64,000 bases of DNA from Piromyces finnis finn (taxonomy: Eukaryota > Fungi > Neocallimastigomycota). The notes below the pieces were generated by a model. The model did not search any database and was not told where the DNA came from. It was given only the letters and a program-made list of their open reading frames with translations. The stretch lies in assembly GCA_002104945.1 (NCBI GenBank), contig MCFH01000010.1:806001-870000 (forward strand), given 5' to 3'. Every line of letters begins with the position of its first letter. The first letter of the stretch is position 1. Shown here piece after piece: positions 44,676 through 62,450 of the stretch. A program made the translations under genes and the position numbers.

Positions 44676-44849
44676 TTAAATACGTTTTAATTCACCAAAT
44701 AATTGACCACAGACTTTACATTTACCACCTGAAGCTTGTTTCATAGCACATTTTTTACAAAGGCATGGATGATCACAACCAACAGTTCTGTAAGCAATTG
44801 GTTGCTTTTTGCAAACAAGACACATATTTTCATTATTTTCACCTTCCAT
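44676..44849 (-). CDS. 57-aa stand-alone RING-HC (C3HC4) microprotein
   Basis: MEGENNENMCLVCKKQPIAYRTVGCDHPCLCKKCAMKQASGGKCKVCGQLFGELKRI*. Ligand spacing is C-x2-C-x11-C-x-H-x3-C-x2-C-x9-C-x2-C. It forms a GC-elevated island with host-like A/T-ending codons and is below the ORF-track cutoff. Confidence 0.85.
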   Translation of the reverse strand: MEGENNENMCLVCKKQPIAYRTVGCDHPCLCKKCAMKQASGGKCKVCGQLFGELKRI

Positions 44850-46988
44850 TTTTCTTTTCTTTCTTTTTTTTTTTTATTATTTGTTATTTATTTATTTGTT
44901 TATTTATTTTTTTATTTTTTTTAAAAAAATAATTATAAATTTAAGAGTAATTATAATATTTATTAATGTTTTTAATTCCCTATAAATTCTTTTCTATTTA
45001 ATTTCTATAAATTCTTTTTTAAAAATACATTTTTACAATACATAAATTTAATTCTTATAGTATATTAACATCCATAATTGTACATTCCAAAAAAGTCTGT
45101 ATTTTAATATTAAAATATTATTACTGATTCATTTTATATATTAAAATAATATTGTTTGATTTTGAAGTTGATATAAGCCCTTTTATTTTTTAACGATAAT
45201 TGTAATTCTTATCAATAACTATAATTATTAATAATGATTATATATTAGTATTTTGTATATATAGTATAGAAGATTGTAATAATATACAATAATATAAAAT
45301 ATATATTATTAAAAAAAGTATTTTAAATCTATTAATATCCTATATATATATAATTGATATTAATAGAATTTAAAATACTTTTTTTTTCTATAATATTATT
45401 TAAGGTTATAACAAATAAAAACATATAATTTTCATTTGAATTATACCTTTTTTTTGTTTTATAATATTTAATTATATATTGAAAAATAAGTATGCATTCA
45501 TTATAGAAATGTCACTGAATGAATTTATTATACATAAAAAAAAAATGAAGATTTAATTATATATAATATTAATAATAGATTAATAATAGTACTATAAATG
45601 AATAGTATATAGAAAATTCGTTAGGTAACACATGCTCCAATAAATTAAAATTATTAATTATAAAATACTTTTTTTTTATAATTATTTCTGAAATCATCGT
45701 ATTTGAAAATATGTATATTATTTATTACAAGTTATTATAATGTAACAATAAATCACATTGCTATTACATTAAAATCTATTATTATTTAAATTATCTAGTA
45801 TAGAACTACTGCAATATATATAATACTTTTATTATGTATATAGTTTTAGTCTAATAAAATGTGTAAAAAACATTGCAAATTCTGTTAAGTCAAATATTTT
45901 TTAGAACATTAAGCGTAACTAAATCTTTTTTTTTTTTTTTTTAATTTTCAAATAAATTTTCATTTATAATGGTATGTTAAATTGTATTTATGAAATTCCA
46001 TAGATTTTATATTTACCGCCATTACAAAAACTAACTTAATAATGTATGTATGAATAGATGAATAGCCAATTTTATAATTAAAGAAACAGGTTACAAAACA
46101 TTAGAATTATAAGATAAATTTATTCAGCAAATATATTAACCTAAATTAATAAATATATTTTCTAATTAAATTAATAAAACCAAAGTTTCCATTAAAATAT
46201 ATGGATAATATATATTAGAATATTATTAATATGTATAATCATTTTATAATTAAATTAGTTTTTTATGTCTTATTATGGTAACTCTGGAATATAATATATA
46301 TAATATATCACTAAATTTATTAATATATTATTGTATAAACTTAAACCTTTTTAATAAGACATACAAGAATATAAAATAAAAATATATTAAACTATATTGT
46401 AATATATTTACACTTAAAATTTTTATTTTAATATTTTTATTTTTATTTTTAAAATTATTATTATATAATTATATATACATTTTTTTTTACAAATTTTAAA
46501 TATTAATTAAATTGAAAGAGCCAAATTTTTATTATTAATATATATTAATTTATTTATTATTAGCTTTGAATATATTTTGATAAAAAATGTGATATTTATA
46601 TTTATTTTTTTCCTTTAATTTTCTTTTCTATTATTGAAATTCTTTGTTTTTTAAAAAACAAATAATCTTAAAAAAAAAAAAAAACATTTTTCTATTTTTT
46701 ATCCAGTAAAATTTAAAATATAATATGTTAGTATATACAATTATCTTTATATTAAATGAGGGGAATAAAATGTGAAGAATGAAAGAAAATAAATATAAGA
46801 CTTTTAAAAAGATTAAATAATCTTCATCATGCTATTCTTAAAATAATTATTTTTACAATATATGAACTAATATAATTATTGAAAAAAATTCATAAAGGAT
46901 AAGAAAAAATATATTAAATAATTAAAATGCCAAATATCTATCTATCTATATAGATAGTAAAATACAGTAAAAAATAAATAAATATAAT

Positions 46989-47710
46989 ATGTATAAATGG
47001 AAAAATCAAATGGAAATGGAATAGAAATATTTAATTATTTATTTTTTTAAATAAAAATCGAAAAAGATATAAAAATATAATAATAAACAAATTATTAAAT
47101 AAACATTAATATATTTAAAAAATATATAGGTCTGATAAGGCTCAACAAGTCCAACAACAAGTAATTATATAAATTGCTATTGAAGAATTTATTAATAAAG
47201 GAAATTCAATAATAAAAAGTATAATTTTTTAATATTGTATATATGTAGGTTGATGAAGTTGTTGGTATTATGCAAGACAATATCCAAAAGGTTATGGATA
47301 GAGGTGAAAGATTAGATACTTTACAAGTCAAGACTGGTAAATATATATTAAAAGAAAAAGAATAAGTAAGTGAAATAATATTTTAATAAATATAAAAATA
47401 CAATATTATATTAAAATAGAGGATCTTCAACAACAATCTTCTAACTTTAAGAGAGGTGCTAATAGAGTTAGAAAGCAAATGTGGTGGAAGGACATGAAAT
47501 TAAAGATTATTCTTGGTGTAATTGTTGGTTTAATCATTTTATTCATCTTTAGTAAGCATTATAATATTAAATTATTATTTACATTAAAAAAATGAATTTA
47601 TTAATTAAAATTTAATATATTAATTTTAATAAATAATAGTTAAATTATTCGGTGGTATAGGTGGTGGTAACGACGAAAATAATGAAGAAAATCAAAAAAA
47701 GGAAAATTAA
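46989..47710 (+). CDS. SNC1: Synaptobrevin/VAMP R-SNARE (Snc1/2-like)
   Basis: Exons from 47130 encode SDKAQQVQQQVDEVVGIMQDNIQKVMDRGERLD...FKRGANRVRKQMWWKDMKLKIILGVIVGLIILFIF, an R-SNARE motif plus TM. The start is inferred as AT|G split by intron 46991-47129. Confidence 0.92.
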
Positions 47711-48308
47711 AAGAAAAGAGGAGATATTAATATAAAATATTAAAAAACAAGTTCATTAATAACACATATAAATATAACACTTTTCAACATCCAAAAGAAA
47801 AAAAAAAAGAAAGGAAAAATATACTGATTATTTATCTCTTATTTATCTTTCTCTCCTTTTTTTTTATTCATAATCTTTCTCTCTCTTTTTTTTAATCATT
47901 TTAATTTTGAAAAATATATAAATGAATAATTTATCAAAATTTACTTATTAATTTTTGATTATTCTTTAATTTATATATTATTTATTTTTATCTTTTAAAG
48001 TAATTATGTTTGTTTAATAAATTTTTTAAATAATAAATTGTATTATTATTTAGTTATTATTTTTTTTATTTTGTAAATCATTTTATACATATAATAAAAA
48101 ATTATAAAGTAAAAATATTTAAATAAGAAAGTGGAAAAGAAGTCAATGAATTTCACATTTTTTATTATTTTTTTTTTCAAAAAAAAAAAATTGAATGAAA
48201 ATGTTATAAATCCATTTTTAATTATATTAAATTTCATTAATAATTTAATACTTTTATTGGCTCAAATATTAATAGAAATTTTCATATTTTTCTTCTTTAA
48301 ATGATAAT

Positions 48309-48348
<40 letters not shown>

Positions 48349-48866
48349 TTAAATGTATATATTATTATTACAAAAAGTGCATTCAACATACTTTTTTTTA
48401 ATTTAAAGTATAGTTATTTTATATTGGATTATCATAAAGGATTATTATTATTATTAATAAAATGTTAATTTTATACTTCTTAAAAATATTATAATAGAAA
48501 TCATTAAATTATTAATAGAATAGCAAAAATATTCAAATTATTGGTTTTTTTATTTATTCATTCATTCATTTTTTTTTTTTTTTTTTAAAAAAAAGATAAG
48601 GCATTTATTCAATAAAATTTATATTGTTAAATAATTATGTTAAGTAATTTTAAATTTTCTATCGGCGGAATAGTTAATATACCAAAAAAAAAAAAAAAGA
48701 AGTAAAACAAAACAAAGATTTTTTATTTTTTGTATTGAAATTTGGTATTTATTTTATCAATATTCATTTCTTCTTTATTTTTTTAATTTTATAACTAATA
48801 TCTAAAAAATAAAAATAAAAATAAAAGTAAAAAAAAAAAAAAAGAAATAAAATAAAATAAAGTAAT

Positions 48867-51800
48867 ATGTTATTCAATTCAATAAATAATGAATATGATA
48901 ATGGAGAATCTATGACATATGAAATTGACATTCAGAAGGAAAGCCCAAGTGCTTCCCTTGGTAATAATTTCACTAAAATGTTAAAGGATTTAGATTTTGA
49001 TATGAAAAATAATCAAAATTTATACAATGTAAATAAAGCTTTAAATTTTGAATATTCTTTTTCTACGAATATCAATTTTAATGATATTACTTCTTTAAAT
49101 TTTGATAATGAAACAGATTTTATAAATATTAAACATTTTCCTACAAGTACTCCTAAAAAAGCTTTATCTACAAATGTACTAAATTTATTAAATGATAATG
49201 GTTATCTAAAAAATATATATGATATAAGAGAAAATAAGAATTGCATTTCATTTGAGAAAAATATAAACAATCAAAAAAAAGATAATGAAAATTGGATTTT
49301 TAATAATGATAATAATTCAATTTCTAATATCAATATTCATGTTAATAATATAAATATAAACAATAATGAAATAACATATGAAAATGATAAAGATACTTTA
49401 CAAATTAAAAATTTAAAAGAATCTGTTTCAAATATAAAATCGAATAAAAATCCTTCATTATCAGAAAATTTGAAAATATATACAAGCCAACTATCAAGTT
49501 CAATAGATGGAAATACCACTGATAAAGTAGTGAATAATGATAATAAAAATTTACAAGAAAGGTTAATATATGATACTGTAGAGAATTTCGATCATTTTTC
49601 GGAAAGTGAAATTCAAATAGAATTAGGCAATGTGGATATACTTAATAAAAAAATATTTATAGATTCCAATAATAATAAAGAAAATGGTGATAACACCAAC
49701 TGCAATAACAAATATAATAATAACAATAACAATAATAATAATAATAATCAAATAATGTCGTTGTGTGATGAATATAATATCCTCTCAACTAATTTTAGTA
49801 CCCAAAATGCTAAAGATATATCTTCAATTAAATTTTATAATACAAAAGGCAAGAATTTATTACCCGACCCATACGATGAAAATTTAATTTATGAAGAAAA
49901 TCTAAATAAAAAAGTTCGTTTTCAATCATCGAATGAAATACAACAATTGAATGAGGTAAATACCAAACTTTTAAATGAAAAGGACGAATTAGAAAAACAA
50001 TTAAATAAAATGACATTTGAAAAAGAAAAAGAGATAAATGAAAATATAAAAAGTTATGAATATTTACTTTATTCCTTTAAGCAACAAGAAAAAGCAAAAG
50101 AAAAGAAATATCAAGATGAAATAGATGATTTAAGGAAAGAAATATTATCAATAAAGGCTTCTCAGTCTCATATAGCAACTATTAAAAATGCAATTGAAAA
50201 TGAAAAAGATTTAAAAATATTAAAATTTAAACAAGAATTAACTGAAGAAAAGCAATTACAAATACATAATCTTAAGAAAGATTTATTAAAAGAAAAGGAA
50301 GAAATTTCTAAAAAATTTAAAGATGAATTAAGTGTTAAAGAGAAAAATTATAATAATAATATTAAAATTATTAATAATAGTTTAAAAAAATGTAAAGATG
50401 AATTAGATGATATTAATTATCAATTCAACCTTCAAAAAGAAGCGAATCACAATTTAAAATTAAAATTACAAGATCAAACAAATGAAATTAAAAATCTAAA
50501 AAATAATATAAACAATCGCACTATTGAATTAAGGGAATATAAAAATGAATTACAACAAAAAGACAATATAATATCAAGTCTCAATGACAATATTAAAAAA
50601 TTAGAAAATAAAGACAAACAATATAATGAACTATTACAAAAATATCAAAATGATAATACTATTATAAATAATACCATTAAAATTCAACAAAAAGATATTG
50701 CAGAATTAAATAATTTAATTCATAAACAAGAAAAGGAAATAAATTCTCTTACTAATATTAGCCAGTGCCAAGAAGATGATATTAAAAAGTTAAAGACTAT
50801 TATTCAGAAACAGAAAGAAGAAATATCAAACTTAAATATTAATTTAAAACAAAAAAAGGAAGAAATTCAACGGTATCATGATCAAATGCAAGAATACGAA
50901 AATCAAAAAGAAGATTTAAAATCAATAATGAAAAATCAAAAAGAAAAGCAAGAACAAATAAATCAATTAGAAAGTAAAAATGTTAAACAAATAGAAGAGT
51001 ATAATATAATTCAGGATCAATTTCAAAAACAGAAGCAAAAATTAGAGAAATTAAATGAAATATATTCAAGCCAAAAAAGTGAATATCAAAGTATGATAGA
51101 GAAGTATAACAACATGAAAGAAAAAAATCAACGAATGGAAAAGACAATTGAAGATTTAAAACTAGAAATAGAAGCACAGAAAGTTAATCCTTTATTTAAT
51201 GATTTTAATCAAAAATTTAGAACCTATTTTGAAAAGTCAAATCCAGAACTTTTAAGTCATGATAATGTTCTTAATACAAAATTGAATCAAGATCAAAATA
51301 CAATAATAGTAAAACAATATAATGAAGCTATTAGTCAAATCTTTGAAAATTTAAAATCGATACTAAGAAGGATTCAAGAAGAAGAAAAATCAGAACTAAA
51401 AAAAGGAAAACCAAATAGTAAAATAAATGAAAAAAATGATAACTTAATACCATATTATATAGAAACCATTCTTAATAAAGAAGGAGAAGAGGATATTAAT
51501 ATTCAGGACAAAAAGTGTACTAAAGAATTTATAGAGGATAGAATTAATTTTATTCAAAATTTTATAGAATGTATATATAGTATATTTCAAAAAAAGGTTT
51601 TTGAAATTGATATTTTAAGAAAAGATATTAATGTTTTTGAATCGTTAATTAATAAAAAGGATTTTAATGAACATATTCAACAAAAATTGTCTTTAATTAA
51701 GAAGGCGTATCAAGAAGAAATAAAACGAAATAATGAAAATTATCAATTTGAGATTCAAGCAATCACAGAAACCATGCAAAAAGAAATTAAATCTTTAAAT

Positions 51801-53485
51801 CAACAGTTAAAAAAATGTCAGGAAATAATGACACTAGGTACATCAGTTATGTCAACACGAAATCATGCCAATGATACTATTTCATTAACTAAGATAGGTA
51901 CAGAGAATTATATGTGGATGAATAATTTTCGTAATGGTGGCAGTAGCACACTAGGAAACAATAAAGACAAATTAATGAATAGTGTAAATAGTTATAAAAG
52001 TATTGGTAGCTTTACTACCAATGATGATAAAAAAGATAATTATTATACATTTGAAGAAATTATTCAAATGTATCCAGTAGAATCAAATGAATGGATCAAA
52101 CGTGATCGTTATCAAACTGAAAAAATGGTTCGAAAACAAGTTAAAAATGAAATTGTTCAGAAAATAAATCAATTACAAGCAAAATTTGAGTCAGAAAAGT
52201 GTACATTAAATTCTTATTATTCAATGGAGTATAATCGTTTAGCAACAGAAATCAAGTCAAAATGTTACCGAGCGGTCATACGGTTAAAAAGCCAATTAGA
52301 ATTGAAAATAAATCATTTAAAACATATTAATCAATCATCAAAATTTACTTCCTTCAATTCTTCATTAACAACCATAATACCAACTGAAACCAAAGAAATT
52401 AAGAAATCAAAAACAAAAACAGAATTATTGGAAAGCTTATCTTTAACACAACAAATTCCATTAGAACAACAAAAATACAATATTCCATCGTCATTATCTC
52501 AATTATACTATCAAGAAAAAGATCTATTTACTAAAAAAGAATTAAAGTCTTCATATAAAAATCCAGAAAATTCTGGAAATATAAAATCTTCCAATAATTT
52601 AAATGATTTTGTATTGGATGATTTTCCCATTCAGTTAAACACCCATTCGATAAATCAAACAAATTTATCTAATAAAGCAAAGATTAATTCAATGTCTTCA
52701 TCAACAACATTTTCTTTAAATTCAAGCTCGAATCCGTATTTTGCTGAGCTAATAAAACCTATATCCTCATCAATATCTCCACCTTCCTCAATATTTACTT
52801 TAGCAAATAAAACTACTAATAGTAATGGTCACAGCACTAGTACTACTACTACAGATCCAATACAATCTATGAAAGATATAACTAATAATGATACCCAAAA
52901 TTCTACTAATAATAGAAATAAATTAGACCATTTATCTTCAGACTTGACAGCAAACCCAAATCCATCTTTATCCTGTAATTCATCCGCAACCTACATTCAT
53001 CGAAAACCCACAGAATTGGAGTGGTCTAAAAGTATCCTTCCCACCAATGAAAAAAATAATTACAATATAACTAGGGTTGAACCTAAAGTAAACTCTACTC
53101 AAGATTTTCATACATCTAATTTTAATAGTTTTATCACACCATCTTTAAACCCTTCTTCCATACCAAATAATAACAACAATTCAGATTTAAAAAAAATATA
53201 TCAAGAATATACTAAACGTCTTGGTCAGGAACGTTTTGAAAAGAAATTGTTAATGAAAAAAATGGAAGAATACAATGTACTGATCAATTTCAATATAATT
53301 TATATGTTTAACTCTAAAACTATATATTATACTTTTTTTATTTTTTTAAATATATTATAAGTTTTTAAATTATATATTAAAATATTTTATTATTATTATT
53401 ATTTTTTTTTTTTTAGGAAAAAATCGAGTCGTATAAAGATGTCATTGCTAAAGTCAACAGAGAAAATAAATATACGGATACCTAA
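48867..53485 (+). CDS. Large coiled-coil protein of unknown function
   Basis: A 4.4-kb first exon (donor GTACTG at 53277) rich in K/E/Q/N heptad-like sequence, plus an in-frame last exon EKIESYKDVIAKVNRENKYTDT* (53417-53485). Confidence 0.8.
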
Positions 53486-53654
53486 AATTTATTATTTTTT
53501 TTTTTTTTTTTTTTTTTTTTTGTGATGTGATATAATGATCTTAAGTGCACTTAAAATATATCTTCCAATTGTTTTCAAGTTTTATTAACAGAACATAAAA
53601 GAAAATAATACTATTTTTTATTTTTATATATATATATATAATCTATTAATTCTA

Positions 53655-53690
<36 letters not shown>

Positions 53691-54232
53691 AAATAATAAT
53701 AACTTTTTTTTTTTTTAAATGTTTATTATTTGTTTTCGTTTTTAAAATGTAAATAATACATATATTAAAGTTCTATATACCCAATATTCTTTTAAGATAT
53801 TACTTGTATTAATATTTTTATTGTTTTATTGTAAACTTATCAAATTTTTTTTTTTTTTACTATTAAAAAATTCTTTTAATAAAATGAAAAATATACATAT
53901 ATAAATTTAAATATAAAATTTAAAAAATTATCTTTGTATTTTACAATGTTAGGTATCTTGGAAAAATAATAATAATAATAATATCAAATATTAAGATATA
54001 CTTAAATTCATATTTCTACTATTTTTTTTTTTTTTTTTTCATTGAATTAAAATTTAATTATGTTAAAATAAATGAAAATTAAAAAAAAAAAAAAAAAAAA
54101 AGATAGTAATACAAAAATAAAAAGAAATAAACAAATAAAAAAAAAAAAAAAAAGTTTTGAGGATATATTTATATTATTATTATTATTATTATTAATATTA
54201 TTATCATTAAAACGGTGATTTTCTTTTGTTAT

Positions 54233-58914
<4,682 letters not shown>

Positions 58915-59901
58915 GTTTAATGTTATTACAAATTTTAAGTTTGAAATTTATTATATAGTGCTTGCTTTTGTATTATTAATAAAAACTCTACTGGACTATT
59001 ATTATAAAAGTAAGATTTATCGAAACTTTAATAATGGTCCAAAATTGATTTTAATATTATTTTCAGTTTTCCCTATATATTTTATAAAATAAATATATAT
59101 ATATTATTATATTAGAAAACAATAGAATAGTAATTGTAATTTCAAAATTAATTTTAAAAATTTAATGCATTTAAAGTCTTTATTTTTTATAAAAAATACA
59201 GAATTGAATGGCTTAATTATTATATTATCATTATGTAACATAAATATATAATATAAAAGTTTGCTTTCTTCAATTCTTCGATAAAATTAAAGGAATCATT
59301 CAATATATTTTACTTTTTTCCCTTTGATATGTCTATATCTTTGTTGTCGTTTAAATATAATTTTTCCTTTTTATTACAATTATATAGAATTAAATAGAAA
59401 AAAATAATGATAATAACTCTATATTAGTTGTGTTGTTATATAAATTTCAAATTATTATAACATTATTTTTTTTTTCTTAAAATTTTAAAAAAATTATATC
59501 TATCTAATGATAAATATTTATTTTCATATTGTATTTTTTAATTTTCCTTTTTGAGATTTTAAATTTATAATAGACTTTATTTATATACGGGATTATTTTA
59601 CTTTCTTATCAAATTTTCTGTTAAAACTTAGATACTATTTGTTGAACGTTATTTGTAATACGTTTCTTTAATATTTATATTTCTTTTTTAATTATTATTC
59701 TTATTAATATAGTGATTTCTTTTATTTCTTCAATATTACGAATGTATCTTATTTATAAATTGCTTTTATTCATTACCTTTATTAATTTGTTAAGGCAATT
59801 ATATAAAGAAAGATAAAAAATTTTACTTAATATTATTTAATAAAAACTATCCCTCTAATTTTTAATTTATTGTGAAAATAAAATGATAATTATTATTATA
59901 T

Positions 59902-59944
<43 letters not shown>

Positions 59945-60120
59945 TATATATATTTATTTATTTATATATTTATTTATTTATTTATTTACTTGATTGTTTA
60001 TCTTTATTTTTATTGATATATTAATTTTTATTTAATATGTATCAATTATTAAAATTTTTTTTATTTGGATTTAATCAGTCACATTTTATGTCAAATGATT
60101 AAAAAAAAAAAGGGTGATGA

Positions 60121-60161
<41 letters not shown>

Positions 60162-62450
60162 GTTATTATTATAATTATTTCATTTTAAAAAATATGTAAA
60201 ATCCTATTTCTAAATAATAATTTATTTATATGAAATGCACTTTTTTTATGTAATAGTTTTTTTTTTTGTTTTTTTTTTTAATTTGTTTTTATCAAGTTAA
60301 TTACTAATATTATTAATAATTTAATTTAATTAACTTATACCTATATATAATAATTAATATATTGTTCCTTTTATATTATATAATTTAAAACTATGTATTA
60401 TTCATACATTTTATTTTATAACTTTTTCCTTTATAACTTTTTATATATCTTTTATATATATATATATTTATTAATTATAAGAAATTTATATTTTACATTA
60501 CCTAAAATTATAGAGCATTTTCAATTTTTTTTTTTAAAAAAAAAAAAAAACATATTTAAATATTTATTTAATATATTAACATATTTTTTATATAAAATTA
60601 AGTTTTTATCTTTTAAAATATTTATAATATAGGTTTATCCATTATCGAATTATAATTAAATCATTATTAATAAAATTTAGTCATCATATCTCTATTTAAA
60701 TTAAATTAAGAAACATATATAAAAAATAAATATAATAATAATAAATATTAACAAAAGGTGTAATGGTATGGATACATTTTTTTTTTTTCTTATTATTATT
60801 AAATTTTATTCCTTATATTTATAGAAAAGGGAAAAAATCGAGAAAAAATAATATTTTATTTTAATGAAATTATAATATAATATTAAAGTTAAATATAATA
60901 TATATTAAAGACTTTTCTTCAGATTTTTTTTTTTTAAAAAAAAAGTAGTATTAATTATTATGAAGAATATTTACAAATAAAAAATCAAATTATAGAAAGA
61001 CATCATCAAACTTTATTAAATGACTATTATGTAATTTTTAATTAAAATTGAACTTTTAAAAATTATAATATAGAATAATAAAATTAAAAAAAAAAAAAAA
61101 ATAAATAAGAGACTACTTACAATTACCATTCAATTCTTAATAATTAAAACATTTTCTTATAAATTTTCATTTTAAAAATATTCATAATGAAATAAAATAA
61201 GCATTAAATATATAATTAAACACAAAATATAAAGAAATCATTCATACACATTTTGTATAAAACTTTTTTTTTTAATTATAATTTATTTATATTAAATAAG
61301 ATAAAAAAAAATTTTTTTTTTTCTTATTAACTTAAATTACCAAAGATAAACTATTATCTCCCTTTTTCTCTTTTTTCACTTTTTTTTAAAAAAAAAAAAT
61401 AAAATATTTTATAATTATTATTATTTTTTAAACAAAGAATATGTATTATATAAATAATAATAATAATGTTTTTTTTTAAACTTTCAAAAGGAATATAAAA
61501 TATTATAAAATTTCAAAGAAATCAATTTTAGGTATATTAATGGTATTACATATCTCTATTTCGCCTTTAATTATTTTTTTCTTTTTTTTTTCTTTTTTTT
61601 TGTTTTCTTTTTTTTTTTTTGTTTTCATTATTTTATATCAGATTTTTTTTTCTTAAATGTCTTTGTATCTTTTTTATTATTATCCAAGAAAAATATAATC
61701 GATTAATATTTCTACCTAATATAGATTGCTTTTTTTTTTATATTGATATATTATGATTAATATTAATATATTTGGTTTTTAATGGAGTTAATATATTTTT
61801 GTTATTTTTTTTTTCTTTTTGAAAATTTTAATTTATTGCCTTTATATATTTATTATTTTTTTTATCTTAATATTAAATATTAATGTGTATTTAATCATTA
61901 AGATATTGAAAAAAATATTTTGAAAACTGAGAGATAATATTATTTTTTGAATTATATTGTGAATATGATATGGTGAATTATAATGGTTTGGGTAATTTTT
62001 TAAACTATAATTTTAATATTTACAATTATTAAATGTTTGAAAAAAAAATTAAATTAGATTGAAAATATTTCTTTTTTTCTTATTTTTAAGCCTATATGAA
62101 ACATATAATCTAAAATACAAAAAAAAAAAAAGATATATTTTTTTAACATCAAATATTGAGATGCTATTTTTTTTTAAAATGATATATAAAATTTTAAAAA
62201 AAACGTTGTTTATGATATTCAGTTGTATTGAGTTTGATTTTGTTTAAAATTTGGTTATTTATGTTGCTCCAAAAAATATATACTTTTGTACCTAAGAATA
62301 ATAATATATATAAATATTATAATTCTATTGGTAAAATATTATATTTTTAATTTTTTGATAATTATAACTTATTATGAAATATTATGAAATTTAATGTTTA
62401 ATTATATATTATTTTTTAAATGAACTTATTGAATACTATACTATTTTATC

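Noticed and set aside
59200-59800. Possible decayed coding sequence
   Set aside because: No sustained frame, splice pattern or motif.
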